From: Candidatus Hydrogenedentota bacterium
GTDB lineage: Bacteria; Hydrogenedentota; Hydrogenedentia; Hydrogenedentales; SLHB01
NCBI GenBank assembly: GCA_963668025.2
Contig: CAXXTH010000006.1
Span: forward strand, 54,179 to 118,178
Length of the DNA stretch: 64,000 bases
Direction: 5' to 3'
The notes below the pieces were generated by a model. The model did not search any database. It was given only the letters and a program-made list of their open reading frames with translations, and was not told where the DNA came from. How positions within the stretch are numbered: position 1 is the stretch's first letter; each line of letters starts with the position of its first letter. Both the position numbers and the translations under genes were made by a program. This document shows positions 63,833 to 64,000 of this stretch, piece after piece.

Positions 63833-64000
63833 CTATCGCGCCACCAGACATTTAACTAGAATTGCGTCAAGCTCATCCAAATCGTAACGGATGGCTTTTT
63901 CTGTCCTATAATATGGCAGCTATGGTATGCCGTTGGGTAGTGCTATAGTACGCAGGGCCTTTCTGAGCGTTCGCGGAGATAGTCCAATGTACGGACCTGC
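63833..64000 (-). pseudogene. AlpA/Xis-like HTH gene, 5'-partial, with internal TAG (63920-63922)
   Basis: AGPYIGLSPRTLRKALR...GIP*LPYYRTEKAIRYDLDELDA resembles 40185-40448 (AIRYDLADL). Confidence 0.7.

Larger units (their letters stand above)
53706..64000. mobile_element. Second, related satellite-like element (tandem, decaying, extends beyond the window)
   Basis: Left end, 72-aa gene, non-coding blocks and the TerS-like cluster are homologous and collinear with element 1. It has its own primase/helicase and an AlpA-like gene. Confidence 0.88.

Noticed and set aside
58902-63922. TAG recoding (alternative genetic code) in element 2
   Set aside because: TAG ends the 72-aa gene at the position where element 1 uses TAA, the same region also carries frameshifts and IS insertions, and no suppressor tRNA is seen. 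Decay is the simpler explanation.

Overview
GC-rich bacterial chromosome. The DUF1559 prepilin-type proteins carry the '[17 protein letters not shown]...[18 protein letters not shown]' signature, which suggests Candidatus Hydrogenedentota (inference). The first 34.4 kb is host backbone. It holds tRNA-Ser(GCT), a ZTP (pfl) riboswitch ahead of gcvT-H-PA-PB, a tandem array of REP doublets, DUF2157/GDYXXLXY genes and a DUF5722 surface protein. It also holds a sugar-catabolic locus (DeoR, sugar kinase, isomerase, SDR, divergent class III aminotransferase) headed by three tandem DUF1559 pilin-like genes and lacking a recognisable transporter, followed by signalling genes and tRNA-Pro(TGG). From 34.4 kb to the end, two related phage-satellite-like elements sit in tandem at tRNA-Pro. 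Element 1 (about 19.3 kb, complete) encodes a tyrosine integrase, Xis/AlpA-like HTHs, a P4/D5 primase-helicase with iterons, three small-terminase-like HTH proteins and two putative virion ejection proteins (442 and 2161 aa), but no capsid, portal, large terminase or tail. Element 2 runs off the window and is decaying (IS1380; IS200 inside IS630 inside the helicase). It shares the scaffold but differs in replication module and integrase arm-type repeats. The same cargo slot holds HTH-IrrE + PIN in element 1 and a RelE-HTH-SecB toxin-antitoxin-chaperone module in element 2, a likely defence hotspot. All calls come from reading the sequence; no searches were run.
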